IMG/VR virus record: IMGVR_UViG_3300001199_000002
Location: 112,062-176,061 of that record
Source: a virus
Taxonomy: Duplodnaviria; Heunggongvirae; Uroviricota; Caudoviricetes
DNA: 64,000 nucleotides
Reading direction: 5' to 3' (one strand)
The position numbers were made by a program, and so were the translations under genes. Below are positions 56,842 through 63,983 of this stretch, piece after piece. The notes under the pieces were generated by a model. The model saw nothing but the letters and a program-made list of their open reading frames with translations, ran no database searches and was not told the DNA's origin. How positions within the stretch are numbered: the first letter of the stretch is position 1; each line of letters begins with the position of its first letter.

Positions 56842-56945
56842 GTTAGTTGTCCTTGTTTTGAAACTGGCGGGGCTACCGAGTGCTGCCCTCGGGCCAACCG
56901 CTCGACAGGCGGTCGTACTACTGTTATACTATAACCCCAAATGAT

Positions 56946-57034
56946 TGGCATGTCCTGGTGGAATTGAACCACACGGCTCCACCCAGTTGCTTTGACGCCT
57001 CTAGTTTAGAAGACTAGTACCAGGGACAGGACAC
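56946..57034 (-). tRNA. Atypical 89-nt tRNA-like element (no clear D-arm); candidate anticodon loop CUUCUAA (UCU)
   Basis: Acceptor GUGUCCU/AGGACAU + G73-CCA; T-arm UGUGG-UUCAAUU-CCACC; 5' part overlaps the 3' end of CDS 57001..57432. Confidence 0.35.
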
Positions 57035-57432
57035 GTAAGATGTTCTGATGCAAGTCTAGACTTCTTTGTTGCTTTGCAATCTGTTCTAAGTGTAACACCG
57101 GCTACATTAGAGAAAGCAGAGTCAGACAAAAAGTAGACAGCGTTGTTAACTGGATTGTATGCAGCAAGGATATCGTAGTCTCCTTGCTTTCTATTAACGT
57201 CATGTGATCCATTGCGATCTGCCCAAGAGGATCGCAACTTCACCACTAAGATGTTACCTTTTGGAGTCGTGTACCTTACCTGCACACGATAGCAAACTCC
57301 ATTCATTTCTGCGATGATGTCATACTTAGTATGTTCAGACAAAGGCATTGCCACACGCCATCCTTGGATGGTAAGTGCTGCAATAGTAGCAGCTACACCA
57401 ATATCTCCCTTATCTTTCTTAGTATGAACCAT
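57001..57432 (-). CDS. Hypothetical protein, possible PD-(D/E)XK-fold nuclease
   Basis: YDIIAE...YRVQVR resembles a D..E.K-type core; 3' end overlaps a tRNA-like element. Confidence 0.35.
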   Translation of the reverse strand: MVHTKKDKGDIGVAATIAALTIQGWRVAMPLSEHTKYDIIAEMNGVCYRVQVRYTTPKGNILVVKLRSSWADRNGSHDVNRKQGDYDILAAYNPVNNAVYFLSDSAFSNVAGVTLRTDCKATKKSRLASEHLTCPVPGTSLLN

Positions 57433-57478
57433 GACCCTCGATCATCGTGGTCTGATCAAGGCGCTGCCAGCCTAACAC

Positions 57479-57691
57479 CTATTTAGACTCGCTGGCACGA
57501 GTGCGACCATCGCGAGGCTTCTTCAATGCCTCAAGGACTCTCCTCTTCCCCAACTCTACATCACCATCACCGAACATAGCGAACAAATCGGCGAAAAACT
57601 CATTGCTCTCTTTCTCACACATCTCACACTCATACTCCCAAAGGAGTCCGTGTTCGCAGCGTTCGGTTTCTAGTTCGTCGTCGTCGCTCAT
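57479..57691 (-). CDS. Small Cys-rich protein
   Basis: CEHG...CEMC; start set at the ATG (ORF track began at TTG 57697). Confidence 0.35.
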   Translation of the reverse strand: MSDDDELETERCEHGLLWEYECEMCEKESNEFFADLFAMFGDGDVELGKRRVLEALKKPRDGRTRASESK

Positions 57692-57696
57692 ACCCA

Positions 57697-57724
57697 ACTA
57701 TACCACGTTATATGTGGTTGTCAA
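57697..57724 (-). promoter_or_regulatory. Sigma70-type promoter TTGACA-N16-TATAGT
   Basis: Hexamers and spacing; -10 ends about 6 nt before the ATG at 57691. Confidence 0.5.
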
Positions 57725-57920
57725 CTCGTTTTTCGAAAAGTTCCACTAGTGTTGTGAGTATCCATAGTAGAACTAAACATAGCTGTATAATTGGACATAC
57801 TATTACAGCAAAAAAGATCATGATCAATACTAAGAGACCCTTCACTCCAACGTCCTCTTCGTGCCTAGCGGCATTAAAAGCGTCAGATACAAAGACGAAA
57901 CCGTTAGGAATCTTTTTCAT
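57708..57920 (-). CDS. Small membrane protein
   Basis: Two hydrophobic segments. Confidence 0.3.
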   Translation of the reverse strand: MKKIPNGFVFVSDAFNAARHEEDVGVKGLLVLIMIFFAVIVCPIIQLCLVLLWILTTLVELFEKRVDNHI

Positions 57921-57927
57921 AGAAAAT

Positions 57928-58003
57928 TGGTGCGCACGGAAGGACTCGAACCTTCGACATCCTCCTTGTAAGGGAGGCGTTCTAGCCGCTGAACTACGCG
58001 CGC
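57928..58003 (-). tRNA. tRNA-Val(UAC)
   Basis: Acceptor GCGCGCG; D-arm GUUC/GAAC; anticodon arm CCUCC-CUUACAA-GGAGG; T-arm GAAGG-UUCGAGU-CCUUC; CCA. Confidence 0.75.
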
Positions 58004-58004
58004 A

Positions 58005-58187
58005 TTATACTTTTACCTTGCGCTTGCCGCAAGTTTTGCAAGTCTTAGTCCATCCACGATAGATACCCTGGTATCCACCAATGTCCGAATAGACTCTAAC
58101 TCCATTTGGTGATTCAATCCAGATACTCTTTGGGTAGTTGAGTGAGAGGAAGGAATGGATCATCTGGCTTATGGCTAGACTCACCAA
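58005..58187 (-). CDS. Small protein with C-terminal zinc-ribbon-like CKTCGKRK
   Basis: ORF. Confidence 0.25.
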   Translation of the reverse strand: MVSLAISQMIHSFLSLNYPKSIWIESPNGVRVYSDIGGYQGIYRGWTKTCKTCGKRKVKV

Positions 58188-58319
58188 GTAGGAATGCTCT
58201 TACTTCCTTAAGCTTGCCAATTGCAAACCGATACTTGTGATGCAGTCCCTTGTCAACGACAAAGGGCTTGCGAAGGATGTGATCAATATGTGCGAGTGTT
58301 AGTTCCATGTTCTTTCTCC

Positions 58320-58402
58320 TAATGTAAATCGGAAGTGGCCTGGATTCGAACCAGGATTTGGCGGTAAACTCTTCAAGCGTAATGTAAAGGGCACATTACT
58401 AA
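58320..58402 (-). other. Orphan tRNA T-arm hairpin plus a 7-bp hairpin, flanked by a direct repeat; tRNA remnant or unknown small RNA
   Basis: CCUGG-UUCGAAU-CCAGG with no completing acceptor, D- or anticodon arms; GUAAUGU-GCCCUUU-ACAUUAC hairpin; taatgtaaa at 58321 and 58381. Confidence 0.3.
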
Positions 58403-58547
58403 GCCCATCTATCAACTCACTACTTATACTATTAGTTACAAATATCATCCGCCTGTTTTGCCAAGGTTTCGTCTCCCCTCCTAAATTATCTATACAATTC
58501 AAAGTTGTATATCTAGGACTCGATTCTAACCTTAAACTACCACTCCC

Positions 58548-59417
58548 TTAGTCGTCATCGTCATCTTGCATATCTTCTGCAATCTGACTGTAGTTTCTCA
58601 TTCGCTTCACCATGTCTTCGACCTTCTTATCGAGCACCAAGCAAGAGATCAAAATCTCTTTGAGTGCCGCAAAAGACAGACCGCCAGTCAGTGTAACGAA
58701 CTTGCTGTTATACTTTGTTTGGAACTTCTCGCATAGGCGTCGCACGTAAGTTTCGCGAGTTTCCCTATTGGGCATACCAACCTCGATCAAAAGATCGAAA
58801 CGCGATGGACGATAGATGCGAGGTTCAAGTTGTTCTAGATGATTTGTAGTCGCCAAGAACAACATGCCTGGACGATCGTTTGCAATACCGTCTAGAAGCT
58901 GGAGGAACTCCTGCTCTTGACGGGAAATCAAACGCTCAAGGTCTTCAAGAACCACCACAAGCTTGCGGTTAGGTTCCAACTTGTTTAGGAATGGAAGGAA
59001 GCTAGTAAACGTATCAGCACGCTTCACGAGCACTACCATACCATTCTGCTTAATGAGATTCTGCCCAACAAGACGAACGATACCACTCTTGCCAGTTCCG
59101 GGTGGACCATACATCAGAATGCCACGACGATAAGGAAGACCAAGCTTCTCATATCGCTTCTCTAGTCCCCAGAACTTGCCAACTTCTTCAACGATTTGTT
59201 GGCATGGACCAGACTTGAATGGGATCAACTCTTCTTGCTTGAGATCAACCGCACACATATATGGACCAGTAAAACCCATGTGGGCTTCGTAGGCTCCTGC
59301 TGGAAGATGAGCGATTGCTGGAGCGTCCATCTGAACGCTAAACACTTCGCCATTTTGTCGCCACTTGAGTCGTGACTCCAACAGTTCATCAATGTCTACT
59401 TCTTGATCGCGTCCCAT
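58548..59417 (-). CDS. AAA-family ATPase
   Basis: GPPGTGKS Walker A; VVLEDLE Walker B; SRFDLLIEVG second-region-of-homology block. Confidence 0.7.
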   Translation of the reverse strand: MGRDQEVDIDELLESRLKWRQNGEVFSVQMDAPAIAHLPAGAYEAHMGFTGPYMCAVDLKQEELIPFKSGPCQQIVEEVGKFWGLEKRYEKLGLPYRRGILMYGPPGTGKSGIVRLVGQNLIKQNGMVVLVKRADTFTSFLPFLNKLEPNRKLVVVLEDLERLISRQEQEFLQLLDGIANDRPGMLFLATTNHLEQLEPRIYRPSRFDLLIEVGMPNRETRETYVRRLCEKFQTKYNSKFVTLTGGLSFAALKEILISCLVLDKKVEDMVKRMRNYSQIAEDMQDDDDD

Positions 59418-59434
59418 GTGCTGTCCTTGTTTGT

Positions 59435-59470
59435 AGTTCTTTGAACTACTTAGTATACCCTATTGTGCCT
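59435..59470 (-). promoter_or_regulatory. Sigma70-type promoter TTGACA-N16-TATACT upstream of the AAA ATPase gene (coordinates approximate, plus or minus a few nt)
   Basis: rc of this stretch reads GAAGTTGACAGCTAGGCACAATAGGGTATACT. Confidence 0.45.
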
Positions 59471-59487
59471 AGCTGTCAACTTCTTTT

Positions 59488-59524
59488 CGAAAAAGAATGG
59501 GTAGGTGAGATTCGAACTCACATC
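59488..59524 (-). other. Orphan tRNA 3'-half (T-arm + 3' acceptor strand) abutting an intact tRNA
   Basis: GUGAG-UUCGAAU-CUCAC then CUACCCA; no matching 5' half. Confidence 0.3.
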
Positions 59525-59597
59525 TCCATGTCGCGATACTGGGTGGACTCGAACCACCGACCCGCCGATTCTAAGTCGGCTGCTCTACCAACTGAGC
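59525..59597 (-). tRNA. tRNA with anticodon UAG (Leu by anticodon) and type-I body; CCA not encoded
   Basis: Perfect stems: GAUACUG/CAGUAUC, GCUC/GAGC, GCCGA-CUUAGAA-UCGGC, GGUGG-UUCGAGU-CCACC. Confidence 0.65.
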
Positions 59598-59639
59598 TAC
59601 AGTATCCATAGTATAGTTTCCGATTACTACGACTACCCC

Positions 59640-59731
59640 TAAGTGTATTGGCGGAAGCGGTGAGACTCGAACTCACAAGACGCTGTTTAGACGCCCTACT
59701 TGTTTTCAAGACAAGCTCCTGATCCAGCCGG
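59640..59731 (-). tRNA. tRNA-Ser(UGA), type II (92 nt)
   Basis: Acceptor GGAAGUG/CGCUUCC; anticodon arm CUUGU-CUUGAAA-ACAAG; 22-nt variable arm; T-arm GUGAG-UUCGAGU-CUCAC; G73-CCA. Confidence 0.6.
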
Positions 59732-59741
59732 ATCACTTCCA

Positions 59742-59827
59742 TTTATCATGACTCCGTAGCAGGATTTGAACCTGCGATGACGCTTACGCGATACAGATTT
59801 GCAGTCTGTTGCCTTCGACCACTCGAC
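59742..59827 (-). tRNA. 86-nt type-II tRNA (Tyr-like body) with anticodon GCA (Cys by anticodon); CCA not encoded
   Basis: Acceptor CUCCGUA/UACGGAG; anticodon arm ACAGA-CUGCAAA-UCUGU; variable AUCGCGUAAGCGUCAUC (CGC-GUAA-GCG hairpin); T-arm GCAGG-UUCAAAU-CCUGC. Confidence 0.5.
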
Positions 59828-59832
59828 CATAC

Positions 59833-59922
59833 GGAGATAATTGGCGGAAGACACAGGAGTCGAACCTGTTTGGCCCTTTCGAACCAGCCTACGATTAGCA
59901 ATCGCGCACCTTACCACTTCGG
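59833..59922 (-). tRNA. tRNA-Ser(GCU), type II (90 nt)
   Basis: Acceptor GGAAGAC/GUCUUCC; anticodon loop UUGCUAA; T-arm ACAGG-UUCGACU-CCUGU; G73-CCA. Confidence 0.55.
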
Positions 59923-60069
59923 TCAGTCTTCCCTATTCACGAACTCTTCTAACTTCTTGATTCCTTTTTCGATGTAACGCTTACGACAAACTCTTTTTAG
60001 ACGTGGAATTTCTGCGACAACTACTAGAGTAAGTAGTATCGTAGCCACGACTATAAGAAGTGTCATCAT
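59914..60069 (-). CDS. Small membrane protein (51 aa)
   Basis: MMTLLIVVATILLTLVVVAEIPRLKR...; below the ORF-track cutoff. Confidence 0.25.
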
Positions 60070-60096
60070 ACATCATAGGACTGACCGAAGTAAAAT

Positions 60097-60172
60097 TGGT
60101 GTAACCTCTTGGAATCGAACCAAGTTGTCCCGCTCTTCAGGCGGGTGCTATGACCACACTAGCTCAAGTTAC
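60097..60172 (-). tRNA. tRNA-Phe(GAA)
   Basis: D-arm GCUA/UAGC; anticodon arm CCCGC-CUGAAGA-GCGGG; T-arm CUUGG-UUCGAUU-CCAAG; A73-CCA. Confidence 0.75.
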
Positions 60173-60177
60173 AAATT

Positions 60178-60252
60178 TGGTGGAGTCACAGGGAATCGCA
60201 CCCTGAATTCCTGCTTGCAAAGCAGGTGTGTTACTATTAGCACTATGACCCC
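60178..60252 (-). tRNA. tRNA-Ala(UGC)
   Basis: G3-U70 present; anticodon arm CCUGC-UUUGCAA-GCAGG; T-arm CAGGG-UGCGAUU-CCCUG; A73-CCA. Confidence 0.7.
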
Positions 60253-60707
60253 GCATTTTCTGATACACTAAGTGTGTGGGCCTCTACTAAAGAATCCCAT
60301 TCACCCATCGCTGTCAACCACATCTTGAATCTACTATCAATAGGTTGATTGTTTAGAAACTTGGACAGTCGCTTCTGGAAGTTGCGCTTCTGACGATCTG
60401 TCATTAGCTTGTAGGATGGCACGTTCTCTTCAAACTCATTGCCCTGATACGTCTTGTTTGGATACGCTCGCATATCAAGAGACACGACCACGCCGCTATC
60501 ATCAGCAATAGCATCTACAGGAACAGAGAAATACATGTTCCACATGGCCAACTTGTGTTCTTTTGAGACGCCACTATGAAAACCACGATCTGCCCACATA
60601 CTGCATGACGGGCTCATTGTCTCTTCAAAGTCGTCGTCAAAATGACAACCGCAAGTTCTGCATTGTATCTTCATCAGAGACCTACCTGCTTGAGTATTGC
60701 TCTCCAC
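60243..60707 (-). CDS. Hypothetical protein with CRTCGCHF zinc-binding-like motif
   Basis: ORF. Confidence 0.4.
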   Translation of the reverse strand: MESNTQAGRSLMKIQCRTCGCHFDDDFEETMSPSCSMWADRGFHSGVSKEHKLAMWNMYFSVPVDAIADDSGVVVSLDMRAYPNKTYQGNEFEENVPSYKLMTDRQKRNFQKRLSKFLNNQPIDSRFKMWLTAMGEWDSLVEAHTLSVSENAGS

Positions 60708-60874
60708 TCTTTCCTAGTTGCAATGACGCCTCCAATCTCTAGAGGTTCGTCAATATCCCTAAGTGTGTCCTCATCAAAGTAGATGGTCAGTTTCTTTTCA
60801 CAGTCTGAACAACTAACAAGCAATCGTGCTGATTGTTTGCCACGAGCTTTGCGTTTCGTTACTTTTGGTTTCAT
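60674..60874 (-). CDS. Small basic zinc-ribbon-like protein
   Basis: CSDCEKK. Confidence 0.3.
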   Translation of the reverse strand: MKPKVTKRKARGKQSARLLVSCSDCEKKLTIYFDEDTLRDIDEPLEIGGVIATRKEWRAILKQVGL

Positions 60875-60960
60875 TGTAAGGTGGGGTGACTAGGCGGATC
60901 TGCCCCGCCCCCTGTTGCGTCACAAGCAACCGCGCTTCTACTACACCATAGTCACAGTGC

Positions 60961-61362
60961 TTATGCTTTATGCATATCACATCGAATTCTCATCCAACCA
61001 GATTCGCTTAGTGTTCCTGGTTGACCACACTTATCACAAGTTACTGACGACAGTTGCTCAGCCGCTGCGATAAGTTCTTGCGCTCCATCAGGATAACTTT
61101 CCAGGTAGAAACGCAACAAACCAAACTTCTCCTTTACCTGGGCGGCTACACATCCCAACTTCTCTAGTTGTTCCGATAGCTGCCACACGATAAGAAACCA
61201 TCCATCTCCACAGTCAAAGCCCCAGGACATACATGATTGTGTCATGCTAGCCCTGCGCTTGCTATAGAGAGTTGGAAAGGTCTCGCACAGGATTTTGTCT
61301 AGTTGTGGATTCATTTGTTGTATTGGTGAGTGATGAGTGAATCGAACACCCTCGGCATCCAC
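60961..61362 (-). CDS. Hypothetical Cys-rich protein
   Basis: ORF. Confidence 0.4.
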   Translation of the reverse strand: MDAEGVRFTHHSPIQQMNPQLDKILCETFPTLYSKRRASMTQSCMSWGFDCGDGWFLIVWQLSEQLEKLGCVAAQVKEKFGLLRFYLESYPDGAQELIAAAEQLSSVTCDKCGQPGTLSESGWMRIRCDMHKA

Positions 61363-61414
61363 CCCACATATTTAGAGCCAACAGATTTACAGTCTGCCGT
61401 GGGGAACACCACTC
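61324..61414 (-). tRNA. 91-nt tRNA-like with Tyr anticodon GUA; atypical short D-region and 30-nt variable region
   Basis: Acceptor GAGUGGU/AUCACUC; GCAGA-CUGUAAA-UCUGU; T-arm GGGUG-UUCGAUU-CACUC; A73-CCA; long-range CCCCAC/GUGGGG pairing. Confidence 0.4.
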
Positions 61415-61420
61415 AAATAT

Positions 61421-61495
61421 TGGTAGGCATGCTAGGAGTCGCACCTAGACTACAACTTCCGTAGAGTTGTGTGTTATCTATTACACTACACGCCC
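61421..61495 (-). tRNA. tRNA-Arg(ACG)
   Basis: D-arm GUGU/ACAC; anticodon arm CAACU-CUACGGA-AGUUG; T-arm CUAGG-UGCGACU-CCUAG; A73-CCA. Confidence 0.7.
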
Positions 61496-61500
61496 ATATT

Positions 61501-61782
61501 CTAAAAGCCTAGTGATTTTCTTTCTTCTTCAGAAAGCTTCGCCAGCGCGGTCTTCTTAATCTCTTCAAGATGTCTCTTCTCGTCTAGCTTGTCGTGCTTT
61601 CTAATCCATTCTTGAAGTTCTTTGATCTCTGCTTTCTTTACAGATGGAGAATGCATCGTAACATCTTGATAGCGAATGATTTTAACTGCATTACATAGCA
61701 ATCGTGTAACTAAGTCAAGCTCCTTCTTTAGCTCTCCATCATTCGAAGAACTGTCTAGAGGTCCATCATAAGTGCATGGCAT
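61501..61782 (-). CDS. Hypothetical protein
   Basis: ORF. Confidence 0.35.
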   Translation of the reverse strand: MPCTYDGPLDSSSNDGELKKELDLVTRLLCNAVKIIRYQDVTMHSPSVKKAEIKELQEWIRKHDKLDEKRHLEEIKKTALAKLSEEERKSLGF

Positions 61783-61784
61783 GA

Positions 61785-62105
61785 TTAGTATCCTAGTTTC
61801 TTTTTGTTTTTGTCGATGATGTTACGATACCGATGCTGGTATGTTCTTACGAACATGTCAGGCTCTCTACCTTGACTTACTGTTTCTTTTGTGTGGATAT
61901 TCTTCCACTCTGTATGCCAAGATGAATACTCATCCTGCCAAGAGATATCAATGTGGTTTGTGTAGAACCACTCTGCATATTCTAGAAGCTTTCGCTCCTT
62001 CTCTTTATCAGCCGCGTCCTTCTTGATCGCCTTATCCAGTAGAGACAATTCTTCTGGCGATAGTCGAACGTGCAGATACTTCTTCGTCTTTTTGAGTAGC
62101 TTCAT
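61785..62105 (-). CDS. Hypothetical protein
   Basis: ORF. Confidence 0.35.
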   Translation of the reverse strand: MKLLKKTKKYLHVRLSPEELSLLDKAIKKDAADKEKERKLLEYAEWFYTNHIDISWQDEYSSWHTEWKNIHTKETVSQGREPDMFVRTYQHRYRNIIDKNKKKLGY

Positions 62106-62112
62106 AGAAAAT

Positions 62113-62186
62113 TGGAGGGTCGTGATGGAATCGAACCATCATAGGCATGTTAACAGCATGCTGCTCTACCATTGAGCTAACAACCC
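62113..62186 (-). tRNA. tRNA-Asn(GUU)
   Basis: D-arm GCUC-AAUGGUA-GAGC; anticodon arm GCAUG-CUGUUAA-CAUGC; T-arm GAUGG-UUCGAUU-CCAUC; U73-CCA. Confidence 0.75.
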
Positions 62187-62191
62187 ATGAG

Positions 62192-62281
62192 TGGTCTGGA
62201 TGGTAGGATTTGAACCTACGAGATCCCTTCGGGCCTCCTGTCTCCAAAACAGGCGCTCTGACCAAGCTGAGCTACATCCAG
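62192..62281 (-). tRNA. 90-nt tRNA with anticodon UGG (Pro by anticodon) and a 17-nt hairpin variable arm (type-II body)
   Basis: All stems perfect: CUGGAUG/CAUCCAG, GCUC/GAGC, CCUGU-UUUGGAG-ACAGG, variable AGGCCCGAAGGGAUCUC, GUAGG-UUCAAAU-CCUAC; A73-CCA. Confidence 0.55.
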
Positions 62282-62579
62282 GTGAAGGGTGTTAGCTACA
62301 ATTCCGACGCGACGCTCCATAACTAAATCGATGGTATTCCCTGCCGGGATTACGGTTCGCATTGCGATCGGCTCGATAGTTGTTATGTCGTGCGTTCATG
62401 ATCCTAATCCAAAAAAAAGATGGGGTGCTAGTTGTCTCTCGCCGTAGTTCCTAACGGGTCATGGTTCCAACTAAGCCATAGGTTGCGCTACTAGTAGACT
62501 TCTGGTGGTGCGTGGTTGCCTACAGCCGGTGCTTCCTCTCTTCGTTCCCTTCATCTCAACACCCCAAGTGTTGCAAGGT

Positions 62580-62592
62580 AGTATACACTAAA
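62580..62592 (-). promoter_or_regulatory. TTTAGTG-TATACT promoter-like motif upstream of the tRNA-Pro-like/tRNA-Asn pair (no good -35)
   Basis: Same motif recurs at 24373, 27790, 33886, 48120, 53398, 60272 and 63276. Confidence 0.4.
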
Positions 62593-62628
62593 TGGGCTCT
62601 GAGGCAAGTCTTTTCCAACAAAAATCAA

Positions 62629-63204
62629 CTAGAGATCATGATGATCTACGATTCCACCCTGCTCTGTAATCGCTATTACTTCGCGCAGACTAAGGGGTTG
62701 TAGATTGGAATACTCACCGTCTACACCGACATCTAGACGCTTTGTACCTCTATTTAGATGGTCGTTACTGCCATGGGCATGACCGTGGACATTAATGCTG
62801 CCACGAGCCGACCCATCCCATGTAAGGAAAGGGAAATGCATCATGACAAACTCATACGTCTTGCCGTCAAGCGATAGATTTTCTTTGTGGTATTGCTTAA
62901 TCCACTCAAACTTGCCTTTGTTCTGTAGAGCATCGACCTTACGCAGCCACTTGTCGTGATTACCCTTTACGAGTCTAATGGTGCCGTTGAGTTGCGCCAG
63001 GATCTGGTCAATCAACTCTACTCTAGTTGTCAGAGTGAAGTCACCTAGATGATAAACGATATCGTTCTTGCCGATCTTGGCATTCCAGCCAGCGATTAGT
63101 CCGCAGTTCATATCCTCGATTGTTGCCCACTTCCGTCCTGGGCAATACTCAAGGATATTGCGATGATAGAAGTGCGAATCACTAGTGAAAAAAATGTTAC
63201 TCAT
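62629..63204 (-). CDS. Calcineurin-like metallophosphoesterase
   Basis: SDSHFYH, LGDF and GNHD motifs. Confidence 0.7.
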   Translation of the reverse strand: MSNIFFTSDSHFYHRNILEYCPGRKWATIEDMNCGLIAGWNAKIGKNDIVYHLGDFTLTTRVELIDQILAQLNGTIRLVKGNHDKWLRKVDALQNKGKFEWIKQYHKENLSLDGKTYEFVMMHFPFLTWDGSARGSINVHGHAHGSNDHLNRGTKRLDVGVDGEYSNLQPLSLREVIAITEQGGIVDHHDL

Positions 63205-63489
63205 GTTTGTGGTTACGGTTTCCCCAGGTTGGTGTCTGGGTATGACAGTTCGGGCACAAGAACCGAAGATTCTCTATACACTAAATGTAGATCGGAAGAT
63301 AATACTAGGCATCAGTCTCAAATGGGCCTTCTATCAAATTAACTTCGATGACATTTGCCCCAGTCTTAGTAAGTAAATCACTAGCCTCTTTTGGATCATT
63401 TGCAAATACTCGTAGTGAGCTTGTAATACATGGATCTTTTCTCGTAAAGAAAATTACGTTAAAGATTGACTTACTATCAGTTGGATCTT

Positions 63490-63735
63490 TCATTCGATGA
63501 TCTTTTCGATTTCAAACTCTCTAACCGTCATTGATTCCATTGTATGCTGTCCGTTAGGCCCCGTAACCATCACGTTAACATGGTACCAGTCGCCCCATGA
63601 CTTCATGACAACTACGGCTGTCAGTCCTAACTTAAGCTGCACCTTGCTTCCTTCGGGAAATTTGGGCGGTAGTTGTGGAGTTCGCTCACCACAAGCACTA
63701 AATGCAATCAGAGCAATTAGAAGAGTTTTTCTCAT
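63490..63735 (-). CDS. Putative small lipoprotein
   Basis: LIAFSACG lipobox. Confidence 0.35.
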   Translation of the reverse strand: MRKTLLIALIAFSACGERTPQLPPKFPEGSKVQLKLGLTAVVVMKSWGDWYHVNVMVTGPNGQHTMESMTVREFEIEKIIE

Positions 63736-63983
63736 TGTAGTACGGAATATCCGTTGACGTTGCTTAGATATAGTCCACCATTAGGATCAAAACGAGCCCA
63801 TTGACTCACAACTGAATATCCTAGTAGAGTCGATGGAATCTGATATCCTACGTAGTAAAACGTATTGAATGGACTATAGATAGCATGAGTCGGGGTGGCA
63901 GTAATCGGAGTGTTGGCTAGAAAAGCCTTATTGAAACCATTTACAAATGGTGCTCCCAAAATAGTTGGTGGATTCAACCACAC
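63732..63983 (-). CDS. Hypothetical protein, partial (continues past the window end)
   Basis: ORF reaches the window end. Confidence 0.3.
   Translation of the reverse strand: MWLNPPTILGAPFVNGFNKAFLANTPITATPTHAIYSPFNTFYYVGYQIPSTLLGYSVVSQWARFDPNGGLYLSNVNGYSVLQ

Noticed and set aside
56860-56945. Possible plus-strand tRNA (GCGGGGC...hairpins)
   Set aside because: No T-loop consensus and no matching acceptor pairing. Likely just GC-rich hairpins downstream of the tRNA-like element.
58299-58502. 67-aa minus ORF
   Set aside because: Covers the orphan T-arm element. A start codon inside a tRNA-like hairpin is implausible. Neighbouring ORF 58114..58308 also overlaps 58005..58187 and was not reported as a feature.
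59518-59917. ORFs 59518..59742 and 59696..59917 (minus) plus 59372..59611 and 59777..59977 (plus)
   Set aside because: They overlap the four-tRNA array at 59525-59922. The translations (for example ...GSNPGVS...) are tRNA sequence read as protein.
62032-62265. 77-aa minus-strand ORF
   Set aside because: Lies entirely over two tRNA genes (62113-62186 and 62192-62281).
62395-62412. T8 run on the minus strand as an intrinsic terminator
   Set aside because: No GC-rich hairpin immediately precedes the T-run. The nearest hairpin (CCGU-N8-ACGG) is about 30 nt away.
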